Positions 1 to 13,887 of a stretch of DNA of 35,685 nt are shown piece after piece. This DNA is from Perkinsus chesapeaki ATCC PRA-425 (taxonomy: Eukaryota > Protista > Perkinsozoa), in the NCBI GenBank assembly GCA_013115145.1, contig JAAPAO010000367.1:1-35685 (forward strand). The letters are read 5' to 3'. The translations under genes were made by a program, and so were the position numbers. The notes beneath the pieces were generated by a model that had not been told where the DNA came from, did no database searches, and was given only the letters and a program-made list of their open reading frames with translations. Position 1 is the first letter of the stretch. Each line of letters opens with the position of its first letter.

Positions 1-505
1 CGCCGGCCGCGACACTCCCTGCACATGCAGGAATCTTACCTAGCAAACCTCGCTCGCCCACGCCGCTTCGTGGCCCCGCGCTGGCTTGCTCGTGTTCGTC
101 CTAGAACTCGCTCTATGAAATATAGACCTACACTCTACTCCTCCTCTCGCGACCCCAGCGACTGTCTAGAGTTGGAAAGGTATCGGGTGTTGGTCAGCAC
201 GCGGTAAGCCCTGATGCTCCCACCGCAATGCTGACGCGTTCAAACTCCTATAACCTTAACATCCGCACGGCACCGTACACCCGTCCTTTATTGTAGGTAC
301 TGCCGCTGCGATGTACACCGCCCCGTACGGCGGCCATATCAGCAGACTGCCGGCAGTCACTGCCCAGTCGCTGTAAGGAGTGAACGCCCTCTCCAGCCCA
401 ACCCCGATCCCACGCCACTCCCCGACGTCGCGCCAAACGTGACAGTGCCAACAGCGCCCTCACGACACAGGTAGTATCAACCAACCTGTCACCAACGACC
501 TAGCC
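1..505. other. GC-rich segment of unknown identity (possible transposon remnant), ending abruptly at the AT-rich block
   Basis: Line 61-120 has 37/60 G+C, and composition drops sharply after ~505. No recognisable protein motif in ORFs 25..207 or 248..484. Small hairpin acagg...cctgt near 467-490. Confidence 0.35.
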
Positions 506-545
506 ATATAGGAGTAGCAGTATTGTGGATAATAATAGTAGTGGT

Positions 546-3248
546 ATGATCAGTAATACAAGTGGTGTTATAGAAATACCAATAATAACTAAATATTCAA
601 CAAATGTTATTGTTAGTCATGATGATAATGATAATAATGGAGAACCATTGATAGATATAAAAAGGTAATATATAAGTAAAATAATATTACTATTTATTAT
701 AAGGGATAATAATAATATTATAATCAAAGATTTAAATGGTTCAAAAGCATGGTTAGTAGTTAAAGATTCATCATTAAGTGGTGGTGGTGTTATATTACAT
801 GAAGGTGATATTATTAAACTGGGTAGAGTTGAATTAAAAGTTAGACAAGTAATGATGATGAATAATAGTAATTAATAAAGTAGTTGTTCATTATTAGTTG
901 GCATATGATGTTAATAATAATAATACTGCTGCTATGCCATGCTGTTCATCATCAACTGTATGTTCGGATGATTATGATGATAATAATACAGAGATTAGAT
1001 TATTACCAAAAGGTGTTAGTAAAGGTAATAATACATATATTATTAATATATTATTATTAATAATAGAATCATCAATGATTAATGCATGTATTAATAATGG
1101 TATTAATGGTACACCTATAAATGGTATTATATGTAAAATATGTCTTATGAATGGATGTAATAAATATGATCCATTTATAGCGCCATGTAAATGTAGTGGT
1201 AGTATAAAGTAATATATTAATAATAATAATAATAATATGATTATGATGATCATATTATTATTGTTAGATATGTACATCTTAATTGTTTACGACACTGGAT
1301 AGCAGGAAGATTAAGATTACCAAAAGATATTAATAACGACGAAGACGAAGATGAAGATGAAGACGGTTATAATAATAATATAACATCAAGATCATCAGGA
1401 TCAATGAGAAGAAGAAGAAGAAGAAGAACTGCACCTTTTCTTTATAGAGCATTGAAATGTGAGCTTTGTAAAGCAGTATACCCAAAATATGTTAATATTA
1501 ATGGTATTATTGAATGTTTATATCCATTACCAAAAGTTAAACCACCATTTATTGTATTTCAACTCAATCTTAAACCAACAACATCAACATCAATTCAACA
1601 GCGAGGAGAAGACGAGGATGAGGAGGATGAGGATGAGGAGAATATTGGTTTAAATGTTGTTAGTTTAGATGGTGATAATAATAATAAACATTATTATTCT
1701 AATAATGAAGACGAGGACGAGGACGAGGATATAATAACAGATCATCACCATCCTACTCATACTACTAATACACATAGATTATTACCTCAAGATGATTCAA
1801 TAGCTATGGCCATGGATGAATTGGGTAGAGCTGATAGAAGTAGAATTAATAACAACAACAACAAGCATTATAATGAACAACAACAACAACAGCGACAACA
1901 GCAGGAGCAGGAGCAGGAGCAGGAAGAAGAGGATTGTGGTATTATAATAGGGAGGGGGCATGAAAGTGAGGTTAGAATAACAGATGTAATAATAATATGT
2001 TTAATGTTACATTATTATCAACAATAACAAGACGTAGGTATCGATATCTCGGAAGCATGCTTTATTGAAATATAAAAATGGTAACTTTTTTATTAAGGTA
2101 GTATTAATTATAATATTAATAATAATTATTATTATTAGGATTTGCATTCTAAATTTGGCACATTGTTATTATTACCATCAGAAGGGATAATATTACCTCA
2201 ACCCGGGACTATAGCCATACAAGTAATAATACTTACTACTACTACTAAGGTAGTGGTGACCTCATAATGCTACTCCTTTATCATCCCATCATCTATTACT
2301 ACTTTACTCTTTAATGAATTGTACCATAATTAACGATAACAGCAGCAGCAGTTGTTGACTAAATAACTGGTATAAGGTAAGAATATGGATGGTGGTAGTA
2401 AGGAAAGTGGTGCCTAGTGCAGCAGTAGCAGCAGCAGCCACTATAGCTTTTATAATAATCATCAGCCTGGAAGATCATGAAGGCTTCAAATGATGTTATT
2501 CTTATATTTTCCTTACCCATTGTTATTAATTCGCTAATCGTAGTAGTAGTAGTAGGAGAGGGTATGCATTATCGTGATCCTGTAGTATTATTATTATTAG
2601 GTTGGCCGTACTGTATTACGAATTATAGCGCGACAACAACAACAACGAGAAGAAGAAGAACCCCAGCCACGAGAGTTACAGCATTATGAAGAAGAACAGC
2701 AGCAACAGCCCTCCTCAACATCATCATCAAGAAGAAGGATAGTAGAACAGGATGATATATTAAATAGATATAATAGTAATGGTGTATTAACCAACAATAG
2801 GATATCAACAGATCGGAGAATAGAAAGAGAAGGTAATATAAATGATATTAATAATAATAGGGTTGTTGTAGATTATGATAATATTATGATATTACCGGAA
2901 ACATACCCATCATCATCTATTGTTGATAATAATAATGGTTTAGTTAATCCATTAATAGAAGCCGGTATTGATAATAATGATGATAATATAATGATGATAC
3001 CACCGCCACCACCACCACCACAATCATCATCATCATCATTAAGTGGTGAAGAAATGGATGATGATTATTATTATGATAATATATATAATAGAAATATGAG
3101 AATACCTCCTACTCCTACTCCTCTCCATGCACCACATGGATATTCATTCATTCATCATTATCCTCATTATAATAATATAAGGCATACATCATCATCATCA
3201 TCTTATAATAATAATGATAATAATAATAATAGTGATGATGATGACTGA
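546..3248 (+). CDS. FHA / RING-CH (RINGv) / FHA domain E3 ubiquitin ligase, multi-exon; 5' end uncertain or partial
   Basis: Spliced translation gives AWLVVKD..LHEGDIIKLGRVELKVRQ (FHA-like), CKICL..DPFIAPCKCSGSIK|YVHLNCLRHW..CELCK (RING-CH) and IIGRGHESEVRITD|VSISRKHA..IK|DLHSKFGTL..IQ|VGRTVL (FHA). The last exon 2601..3248 is open to TGA. Confidence 0.85.
2269..2579 (+). ncRNA. Candidate structured intronic RNA (two long hairpins) in the 378-nt intron 2223..2600
   Basis: Complementary arms with G-U pairs: 2269-2274/2406-2411, 2286-2290/2388-2392, 2320-2326/2368-2374 and 2473-2480/2572-2579. No family recognised. Confidence 0.3.
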
Positions 3249-3424
3249 TTATTCTTACTATCTTCTACTACCACAGTTGTTGTTATTGTTATTGTTGTTT
3301 TAATACTATATTTGGTGTTATAGTGGTGGTGGTTTCTATTATAATTTATACAATCATTATCTTTATATATATGTTGTGTTATATATATTATCATATTTAT
3401 GGATTATTATCCATATTAATAATT

Positions 3425-5042
3425 ATGTCAATATTATTAAATGATGATGATGATATAAGACAACACTGTATAGTATGTAGTAAAGATAATGCTCCTTATA
3501 AATGTCCAAGATGTTATCAAAAGTAATATTAATAATAATAATAGTGTTATAATATTGTTTAGGAGGTAGTAGTATTATTATTAGGTATTGTAGTTTACAA
3601 TGTTATAAGAAGCATGATAATGATGATAAATGTTTACAAGGCTTTTATAAGGAACAAATAACGTCATATAATGAGATTAATAAACCAACATATGATGAAA
3701 AAAAAGATATGGAAATGATTATGTAATAATATATTATTACGTATTATACTAGTATAAATACTAGTATCATTATTATAGATATAATAATGAAATGATAATG
3801 CATAATGATGATACTAATAAAGATGATGATGAGGATATTGAAGTGGATAATTTATATAACCTATTGGATGTATTAAATGAGCATGAGCAGCAGCAGCAAG
3901 AAGATGATAATAATGATATATTATTACATCTCAATAAATATTTAACCCCGGAACAAATAAATGATTTTAAGAAGGAGTTGAAATCAGGAAGATTGTAATA
4001 ATAATATTATGTGATAACGACAATTATTGTTAAGATATAAGAAGTATATAAATAATAATAAAGATGATGATGATGAGGATGATTGGAAACCGTGGTGGAT
4101 GGATAGAATAGAATGTGATAATAGATATTATAATCATCATAATAATAATGATAATAATAATATTAAACATAGATGTTGTTATAAATCATCTAATGGTAAT
4201 AGTGGAAACAATAATTCATAATATGTTATAATATTATTATTAGGCAATATATCAACATTAATAGTTGATGAAGATATATTAATATATAAGATAATATCAA
4301 TAATATATGCATATACCAAATTAAATAGAGAGTAATTTACTATCATCATCATTATTATTATTATTGATATTACTATTAGATACCTTGGTGATTGGTTATG
4401 GAATGTTATTGAAGTAAGTGATGAATTGATATCATTATGTCCATTCTTAACAGGAAGAGGAGAAAGAGGAGGAGAGGATAATGTGATTTTATCTTATAAT
4501 GATGATAATCTACGACAAATGGCTATTAGAATGGGAATGTATGATATACAAGCATGGAAAGATGTATCAATTATACTTAATAATGATGAATATAGTGGAA
4601 AGTGTATATTAACTATAATTATTGAAATAATTGATATGTTAAAGAAAGCATCATCCTCATTAACAAGAAGAAGGATGAAAGATAATAATAAAATAAAAGA
4701 GATTATGGCAGTTCGTTTATTGGAAAGTTACATGTAATTGCTATTATTATATTATTTTATACTAAATTAAATTGGGTAATGTTTAGGTATTATCATCATA
4801 TTAATAATAATGATGAAGATGAAAGAGAATGTAAAGACACATTAATATTATTAAAAGCTGAAGTTGATCAATTAATAAACGATTTTAGTAGACAGGAGAA
4901 TGAAACCAAATTAATGGAAGAAAAGATATCAATTGCAAAGAATAATAATAATAATGATAATCCACTTATTGTTATGAACGATAATAATAATAAAATGAAA
5001 CCATTAATAGAAGAACTAGTTACTGATAATATAGTTACCTAA
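3425..5042 (+). CDS. ZNHIT2: Zinc finger HIT domain protein, ZNHIT2-like, multi-exon
   Basis: CIVCSKDNAPYKCPRCYQK|YCSLQCYKKH (zf-HIT) followed by CLQGFYKEQI, DWKPWW, and C-terminal KPLIEEL before TAA at 5040-5042. Confidence 0.75.
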
Positions 5043-5165
5043 AATACACGTAAATGTTATTATTATGTAGTTGTGTTTGTCATTAACTTATTATTATTAT
5101 TATTAACACAATAGTAAATTATATAATAATAATAATAATAACTAACAACATGTTTGTCAACATCA

Positions 5166-8100
5166 TCAAATGCCAAGATCAGGTAAATCATCAACATCAT
5201 GCCAATTATCATCATTTGAACCCATCTTAGACGCTTTAAGCGTTGCCATCGAAAAACCATCATCATTATTATTTTCCATAATATTATTATTCACTTTAAA
5301 TTCAGGTGATATATTATTATCATTGTCTTCTTTTATATTATTATCTCTGCGGTTATTATTATTATTATTATGCCTACAATAATGATATTAATTATACTTA
5401 TTATATATATATTACTTAGTTATACTCCCATCACCAACCTTCTTATCATCATCATTATTATTATTATGTTGTGATAATAACTTCTCCAATATCTTGTCAT
5501 AATTATCATAAGATTTATTCATTTCTTTACATATTGATATTAAATATCTATATAAATTTGAATAATATTATGATATTATTATTATTATTATTAATACTAC
5601 TACTTTAATGCTTCTATATCCTTTGGGAATTTATTATGTATTTTCTCATACCTACTATCACGTATTATTATGTATTATTATTAAATGTTGTTATTATTAT
5701 TATTTACATATAAAATGCTTCTTTTTGTTCACCCATTCTTCTATAACAACTTGCTATCATTAACATCCATTTAGATTCATTTGGTGCTATCTCACTTGCT
5801 CTTATAAATAATGGTATAGCCTTCTCAAATCTATTAATAGCTATTACTATTATTATTCTTGCTAGTAGTATTATTATTACAAATCCTTTTTAACATAATA
5901 AATACCAAGCCAAGTAATAACATTTAAATCCAATGACCAATTACGATAACTTTCTAAATAATTATGATAAGCTTCATTTTCATTACCCTCAATTTCATAT
6001 AATTGTGCAATACGTATGAATACCTACAATATCAACAATTAATAACACCATTAATAATAATAATATGCTACTACTACTACTACTTTACTATAATTATACT
6101 ACTAATACTATATTACTACTACTAGTACCGTTGGATCATGTGGTCTTCCACCTTTATTTATTCCTTGTGTCAATATAAGTGTGAAATGTTCATGTGCTTT
6201 ACTATAATTACCAAGCTTTTCATAAATATCACCAAGTTGCCATAATACATCACAATTATCTAATAATAATAATAATCAATAACATTATATGATAAGTAAT
6301 AATAATAATAATAACATAATTATTATTTACTTTTAGTTATTTGGTGTAATTTTTTGAATGCTACCAAAGCTTCATCATAAGCACCTAATATAATCTTCTT
6401 CTTCTTCTTGTTATCCTTCTTGTTGTTGTCTTACATATTGTTTTATATACCAATCCTAGATTATAAATAGCTTCTAAACAATGTGCTGCAACTCCAATAG
6501 CCTCCAAATACAATTCCTTTGCTTTATTAATATTATTACAAATAAATAGACAATTACCTTTATTGACCAATGCATCACAATTATATCTAATAATAAATAT
6601 AACCACCACAACAACAACTATTATTATTATTGCTACTACTACTAGTACTACTACCTATCAGCTTTAATTGCTATATCAGCATATCTTTCAGATTCTTCGT
6701 ATTCTCCTTCCTAAGGGTATTATCATTACAACATATAATTAGTATTATTATTATTACTTGAAAATATACAAAACTTAAATTTGTCGCAGCTCTTGTTAAT
6801 AAATGTTTATTATTATCTTTCTTTTCAAACCCTTTCAATACTATAATTGCTTCATCAAATTGTTTATGTTTTAAATAATATTCTGCTTTATTAATTTCCA
6901 TCTCATTTGCTATATTATTATAACCATTATTATATAATGTATTAATAACCCAATCATAACCCTAATAATAATAAGGATAATAATAATAATATCATCATCA
7001 TTCCTACTACTAATCATTACTATTATTACCTCTTCTGCTGTATCATATATTATCGGTGATATAATATTACTTGCATTTAATATTATATTACGTGATTCTC
7101 TTAACCGTTCTTTAATATATACATTTAATGCATCATCATCCTCATCATCAGCATTATTACTATCGAATGTGTTCATATTTGATAACTACCATTAATACTA
7201 TTATATTGAATATCGTGATATAGTACATTATCATCATCATGATAATCATTATTATTATTATATCCTACCAACATTGCTCTATCACCTTCACCACGATTAA
7301 CCTACTAATAATAATATATTGTTATTATTATACAGCTGCTGCTGCTGTATTATTATTAACTAATAAAAGCTTTTTAAACGTATTTCTCATATCATCTTTA
7401 TCTCGCATAGCATAATAACATAATAACAACATTAAACCGGTTTTATGATCAATAAATGTATTATCAGTAATACCACCACCAGCAGCACGACCACCTGCAG
7501 TAGGACCAGCAGCAGGTTCATCATCACCAATGCTGTTGTCATCTTGTGTTATATTATTATTATCATCTTTTATATTATTATTATTCTTGTTTGTAGTTAT
7601 AACTGGTATGAGCAATAATTGAGAATAATGTTTGGCAGCATCATTATACCTAATCATAGAGTAGTATTGTCCACTATCATAGTAATAATATATCATTATT
7701 ATTACTGTCTCATGGCATAAAATGAGTTACCTATTCTTCTCCTTATATTATATCTCCATACTGTCATCCATGTAGGTGTCTGCTGTCATCATTATTATTA
7801 AGTCATCATCATTATTACTATTATTACTGCATCTAATGCTTTCCTGTACATTTTTATTGCTGTTGTATATCTCCCCATTTTATAATATATATCACCAATA
7901 TTAACATTTAACCTTCCATTAACATGTGGATATACTTTATTTTTAATAATATCATTATATATATTAATTGCATCTTCATAATATCCACCCTTCTCTTTAA
8001 ATGATGCAATACTCAATTGTAAAACATAAGATAATTCTCCTATACCATAACTACTACCCTCCTCTTCATCATCATCATCATCAATGATCACCTATTATTA

Positions 8101-9237
8101 ATATAATATACAACAGGAGGTTGTAGTAGTAGTATTAATAATAATACTACATTATTATTATTATCATTCATAATTGTATTATCATGTTTTCTTCTTATTA
8201 TCTTCCTACTATTATTATTTCCCTCTTTTATTTTTATTATATTATATTCAATCTTTTTACACTCCTTTAATTTGCTTAATGCATCTCTCACCTACTATTA
8301 ATTATTATTCTACTATTATACTACAATTATGATTTATTATTACATAATTATCATCTTCATCTACTTCTTTATTATTATGTTTTATTCCTTTATTATTATT
8401 ATCTTTACCATTATCATTATTAATCATCATCATCCTCCCCACCATATTACTCTTATTACTAAATATTTCATCAATTGTATTATTTATTTTATATTTCATA
8501 TATCTTATATTCATCATATTCATGTTCATCATCATCATCTCTTCATCATTATTATTACAATCTATTATTATCATTATATAGCAATATCTTCTATGATAAA
8601 AACGATAATAACTTCATTATTACTATTGACTCCCAATGGATCAAATACTCCATTATTATCATCATCAGTTGTTATTGATGATAAAGTGTTCTTCTTCTTC
8701 TGCTTGTTGTTGTCGTCGAATGCATTTTTATTATAACCAGCGGGCCCTATTACTAATATGAATATTAATATTATTATTAATATTATTACTTGTTGATGAT
8801 GTAACTGGTCTTCGTCTACCTACTACTTGTTGCTCTTGATTTAATAATCCACCTCCAACCCCTATAATAGTGAGATGTTACTACGAGACGACGACGAGGA
8901 CGAGGAGGAGTGTATGTATCACTACTACCATCGTCCTTATTATTAGTATTCCTACTGCTACCTATTCTATTAACATCACCATCACCTAAAAAAGTGTGTG
9001 TAAGCTGGAATGGTCTAGTTGGTTATGACGACTGCCTAACACGCAGCAGGTCCCGAGTTCGTTTCTCGGTTCCAGTATTACTATATTATCACCTTTATTA
9101 GTAAAATCATATCTATTAAATGATGTTGAACTAGAAAGAGCCGCAGCAGCAGGAGCAACAACAGCATGATTATCATTATCATCATCATTATATTCTGTAT
9201 TATTATTGTATTGCATTCTTCTATTTAACATTATCAT
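5166..9237 (-). CDS. IFT88: Intraflagellar transport protein 88 (TPR repeats), multi-exon; 5' exons (8860-9237) tentative
   Basis: RPVTSS..PAGY, LNVNIGDIYYKMGRYTTAIKMYRKALD, EINKAEYYLKHKQFDEAIIVLKGFEKKD, AATNLSFVYF, DALVNKGNCLF..AKELYLEAIGVAAHCLEAIYNLGLVYK and KWMLMIASCYRR. Ends WHDVDDLPDLGI-TGA. Confidence 0.92.
9004..9077 (+). tRNA. tRNA-Val (anticodon AAC), atypical T-loop
   Basis: Cloverleaf: acceptor GCTGGAA/TTCCAGT plus discriminator A; D arm GTCTAGTTGGTTATGAC; anticodon arm ACTGC-CTAACAC-GCAGC; T arm CCGAG-TTCGTTT-CTCGG. Confidence 0.85.
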
Positions 9238-9485
9238 CTAATATTAACTTTATTATTATTATTATTGTTATTACTACATCCTTATGTATACCACCGCCAC
9301 CACCACCTTCTATTGATGATGATGATGGTTGTTCTTCACGATGACTATCTGAATGATGATGTTTAGTATATGATAATACCATAGCCCTTATAATAAAGTT
9401 ATTAATTAATAATAAACTAAATAATATATTATTATGATGAATAAAACAAATGTGGTTACAAATATCAATATCATCACCATTATTG

Positions 9486-10999
9486 TTACTGTCCAGATAT
9501 ATCATTAGCAACTTCGAATATTACGCCCGGAATTTGTTCTTCTTCTTGTTTATTATTATAATTAATATTTTTTAATATTATATCAGATCTTATCAAACCC
9601 TCGTCATTATCATCTATTATTATATTATACTTCTTATCGTTATCTCTAACAACAGCCATACCTTCTGATTCAGCAGTTGGACGCTCATCATCATCATCAT
9701 CATCATCATCGACCAGCGGTAGAGGCATTGGTGTGTTTGTTAAGTGATGAGGAGGTTGTTTAATATCATCCTTATCATAATCATTACTATTATCATCATC
9801 ATTGCCTCGTTCGTCTATACTCACCGCTGCCACTGCTTTTGACACTTCATCTCCTTCAGTATCCTCTTTATTATCATCATCACCTTCTTGTATTGTTATT
9901 GGCGGTATTCGATGTAATACACCTTGACCTAGATCACATCCTATACAATTATCTTTATTATCCCAATTATATGATGGTATTATATGACATATCCACACTC
10001 TATTTATTTTACTATTATATACATAAATATCTAATGTTCTTCTTTTATTAATATCATCATCATCATCTTTATTATACCTCTCCCAATAACTACTATTATT
10101 AATATTATTATTACTATTAATATTATTACTTATCAATTTCATCAATTAAATCATTTATATCACGTAATATTCTATAATCATCAACCATTTGTATTAAATA
10201 ATCATAACCAACCATCAACCCACTTGCTTCTAATTAATAACAACAACAACTTGCCTATTATTATTATGATACTTGTTCATAATAATACTACCTGCTGGTG
10301 AATGTTTAAATACTTCGAGTACCCTTAAACCATTACTTCTACCATCTTCTATTGATAATTCATAATGTATTCGTATGCCCAACATCCCACCACCTCTTCC
10401 CATATTCCACGCTCTATGGGGTAATATATCAACTTCACGTATATTCAATGTCTTAATAGAGTATACTTTTAATTTTAATAATTTCTCCTCATCTACAATT
10501 CTTATTATAATAATATTATTACTACAATGCTATTATTACGTTCATTTATTATTCTGCTAAATAATTCATTATCATTACATACTCGTACTCCATTTAAAGC
10601 AATAATATAATCAAAATATGCCTATTCAACCAACCAGCCATAACCGCGCCCATGAGCAGCATCATAAGTACCACCACTATTACTACCTCTAAACCTGCCA
10701 TATCTGCCGGGGAACCCTCTTTAACTGACATTATCCGAAACCCTCCTCCTCCTCTTCCTCCTAACCCACTAGTACCACCAACATCATCTATATTATTAAA
10801 CCTATCATATCCCCCCCTTCCTATTATTGATGATTCCTCCTCCTCCTCCTCATCATCATCAACTGCTGCTGCTGCTACCCTACCTTCCCCTCCTCCTCCT
10901 CCTTCTTGTTCTTGTTGAGTGAGAAGTCTGATAGAAGTGATAATAATATTAATTATATATTTGATAATAATACTATTATTACATTATATCATCAAACAT
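9486..10999 (-). CDS. GRASP: GRASP55/65 family Golgi reassembly-stacking protein (two PDZ-like domains), multi-exon; both ends tentative
   Basis: GFRIMSVKEGSPADMAGLE|AYFDYIIALNG, EVDILPHRAW..GGMLGIRIHY, GLRVLEVFKHSPA|EASGLMVGYDY and IIPSYNW..IGCDLGQGVLHRIP. Confidence 0.88.
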
Positions 11000-11171
11000 T
11001 AAATTATTATTTATTAATAAACTATTAATAAATAGTACGATTAATTAATATAACTAATACACAACAACAATATAACCTATATTATTATTATTATCAGCAC
11101 GTAATAATAATAATAATAGCACCACCACACTTGTCGTTGATAATACATGTTGATAATTCACATTCTTGTTA

Positions 11172-13265
11172 TCAATCAATACCATTAGATTCTAATATAT
11201 AAACTAATAGTAATGATAATGGATATAATATTAATACAAATAAACCATTTAATAATGTATGTACTCTCTTTAATGCTATTATACCAATTATTAATTCAAC
11301 TATTATTATACTTATTGTTTCAGCTGTAAATGTCCAAATTAAACCTTTAATATATACTATTCCAAGGAATATCCCTAAACAGAATGTATTATTAATACAA
11401 GCTGCCCCTTCTAATGTTGATATTGCTATTGTCATATGTTTTTCACTTTTCTTCGTTGCATATGTATAAGCTGCTACCAATTCACTGGCATTACTTGCCA
11501 AAGGTGCAAGTATAAATGATATATAAAATGGATTAATATTACTACGTATACCGATCTCATTTAATATATCAACTGCTGGATCTGAGAATATTAATATTAA
11601 TATTGTACCTAAATATATGTCCTTAACAACAACATCAACAACAACAACAACCCATATTTATTATTACCAATACCCATCATATAAGCGGATCTTAATTTAA
11701 TCCGTTTTTGCTGTTCTTGTGGTGTTAAATCGGCCAAGTCCTCTGGTATATCATCCTCACCACCCTCATCATCCTCATCCTCATCATTATTACATCCCAT
11801 ACTTCTCCTTCTTGGTGTTGTTGGTATTGTTGTTAAATTATTATTATCATCATCTAATGTATTATATGCTGACATTCTACTATGATTATATTTAAAGGGG
11901 TATAATTTACAATCTTTTATATATATTATCATCATATTAACAAATTCATTAAAGTCAATATAACCAGAATTATCAACATCAGCTTCTTTAAATAATTTAT
12001 ATAATTCCTCCCCAGTTATCCTCTCATTCATATCTTTCATAACCATTTTAAATTCATCATAATCAATAGTATGATCTAAGATTATACGATACAATGATAA
12101 TAATATTATTATTATTAATAATACCTTTATTAACATCATAATAATGAAAGAACGGTCCTAATAACTTCCTCATCTAATCATTATTACTATATTAATACTA
12201 TATAATATATTACCTGTCTTATTTCATAACCATTACCACTATCACCATTCATTAGCGTATATTGTGGTGGTGTTATATCATCATCATATCCTCCTCCCTG
12301 CCCCTCCCCCTCCCCCTGCTCAGTTGTAGTAGTTATTAAACCATCCACTGCCCCTCTTAATGTTACTGTACCACGTCTTATACCTTCAATTCTTGCAGCA
12401 GCTATTATATCTTCATTAATACTCACTGACATTCTACTATCTTTATATTGTATTATTAAATAACAAATAAATGTTATAACACAACATATCTAACAATAAT
12501 AATTATTATTATTAATATATATCTTATTACCATTCCTATACCACTCCATATATGTTCTTTAATTGATTTATCTTTATATGATTCATTATATGGTTGTATT
12601 GATGCTGGTATCTACCATTTATTATTATTAAAGATATATATATATATTATTATTATTACTACTACCTGTATTATTAAATATAATAACGCAGTTATCATCA
12701 TAAAATATGCATTTTTACGTATTAATGGTCCAACACTAACACCAGTATGTGTTAATGATATATAATTTTTTGGATATAATTTAGACCAATTATCATTATT
12801 TATTTCATTAATTGGTCGCTTATAGATTGGTTTGCCCGAATTATTATCAATATTAACCCGACCACCTAATATACCCATAAACCATGGTATTGTTAATAAC
12901 ATTATTGTTGAACCAGCTAATGCACCTACTCCTACTGATAACTCATTTTGAGCATTATCTCCTAAACCAGAGTATAATACTATCATACCATCTGGTACTG
13001 CTCCTAATACTGGTAATACAATACTACCAACTATATTAGATAATGATGGTACTAATAATAATAATTCACTTCCATTTGATATAAGATTACTTGCTTTATA
13101 TAATATATAACCATATATTACTGTTAAAAATAATAATTGTGATATATTACCTAATAATACTAATAAACATAGATTAATAATACTAATACATTGACTAGGT
13201 TGTATAAAGAAAGTATCTCTATCACTAATAGATATCTCATTATTAGAATATAATAAAGTCAACAT
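11172..13265 (-). CDS. EF-hand-containing Na+/Ca2+ exchanger (NCL / EF-CAX type), multi-exon
   Basis: SNGSELL..VGSIVLPVLGAVPDGMIVLYSG..SVGVGALAGSTIMLLTIPW (alpha-1 repeat), two EF-hands (DHTIDYDEF, DVDNSGYIDFNEF) and APLASNASELVAA..AACINNTFCLGIFL (alpha-2 repeat). Confidence 0.9.
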
Positions 13266-13337
13266 ACTATTAATAATAATTATTATAAACACAACAATAC
13301 TGAAACATATACAGAAACAAGGACAATGACAATGATA

Positions 13338-13887
13338 CTATCTTTTAATATATTTAACCAAAGGCGCTATAGTTGCTATAGCAAATGGTAATCTAATAAT
13401 CTCACTTACTTCATTAACTGCTATCTAAATACAATATATAATATATATTATTAAATAATATTATTATTACCGCTATACCAAGCTGACCAAGTGTTGGATC
13501 AATATCTTTTATATATTTATCTAGACCTAATGAGCCTAATTTATTATGTATATAATTATATGATATATAATCATATTTTAAAGCTAAAAACCATCCAATA
13601 CCACCACCAATATATAATATACCATACCATAATATAAATGGTAAACCATATGATTGTATATAACCATACTAAGTAATATATAATATTATTATATTAATTA
13701 TATTACCATTCCTTTAGGTTTATTATATTTATCTTCTAATATTTTAACTCTATCTTCTAATTTATTAATTCTATCATTAACTGTACCTATTTATAAAATA
13801 TATATTAATATATTAATATATTAATATATTACAGAATCCTCTATTCAACCTATTAAATCCTATTCTACGTATTATTAATAACGACAT
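13338..13887 (-). CDS. FAM210 / DUF1279 family membrane protein, probably mitochondrial, multi-exon
   Basis: The N-terminus MSLLIIRRIGFNRLNRG is Arg-rich and acid-free. LKE..QSYGLPFILWYGIIY..LGIA|IAVNEVSEIIRLPFAIATIAPLVKYIKR-TAG fits the DUF1279 pattern. Confidence 0.68.

Noticed and set aside
1-505. Left GC-rich flank as another copy of the right-hand LTR family
   Set aside because: No shared sequence with 33196-33410 or 32915-33195 was seen by eye.
2401-2420. GGAAAGT resembling RNase P/MRP CR-I; ATATTTTCCTTA near 2503 resembling the snR30 m1 motif
   Set aside because: No matching CR-V/P4 partner or m2 motif (AAACCAU) and no ACA tail, so no family was assigned.
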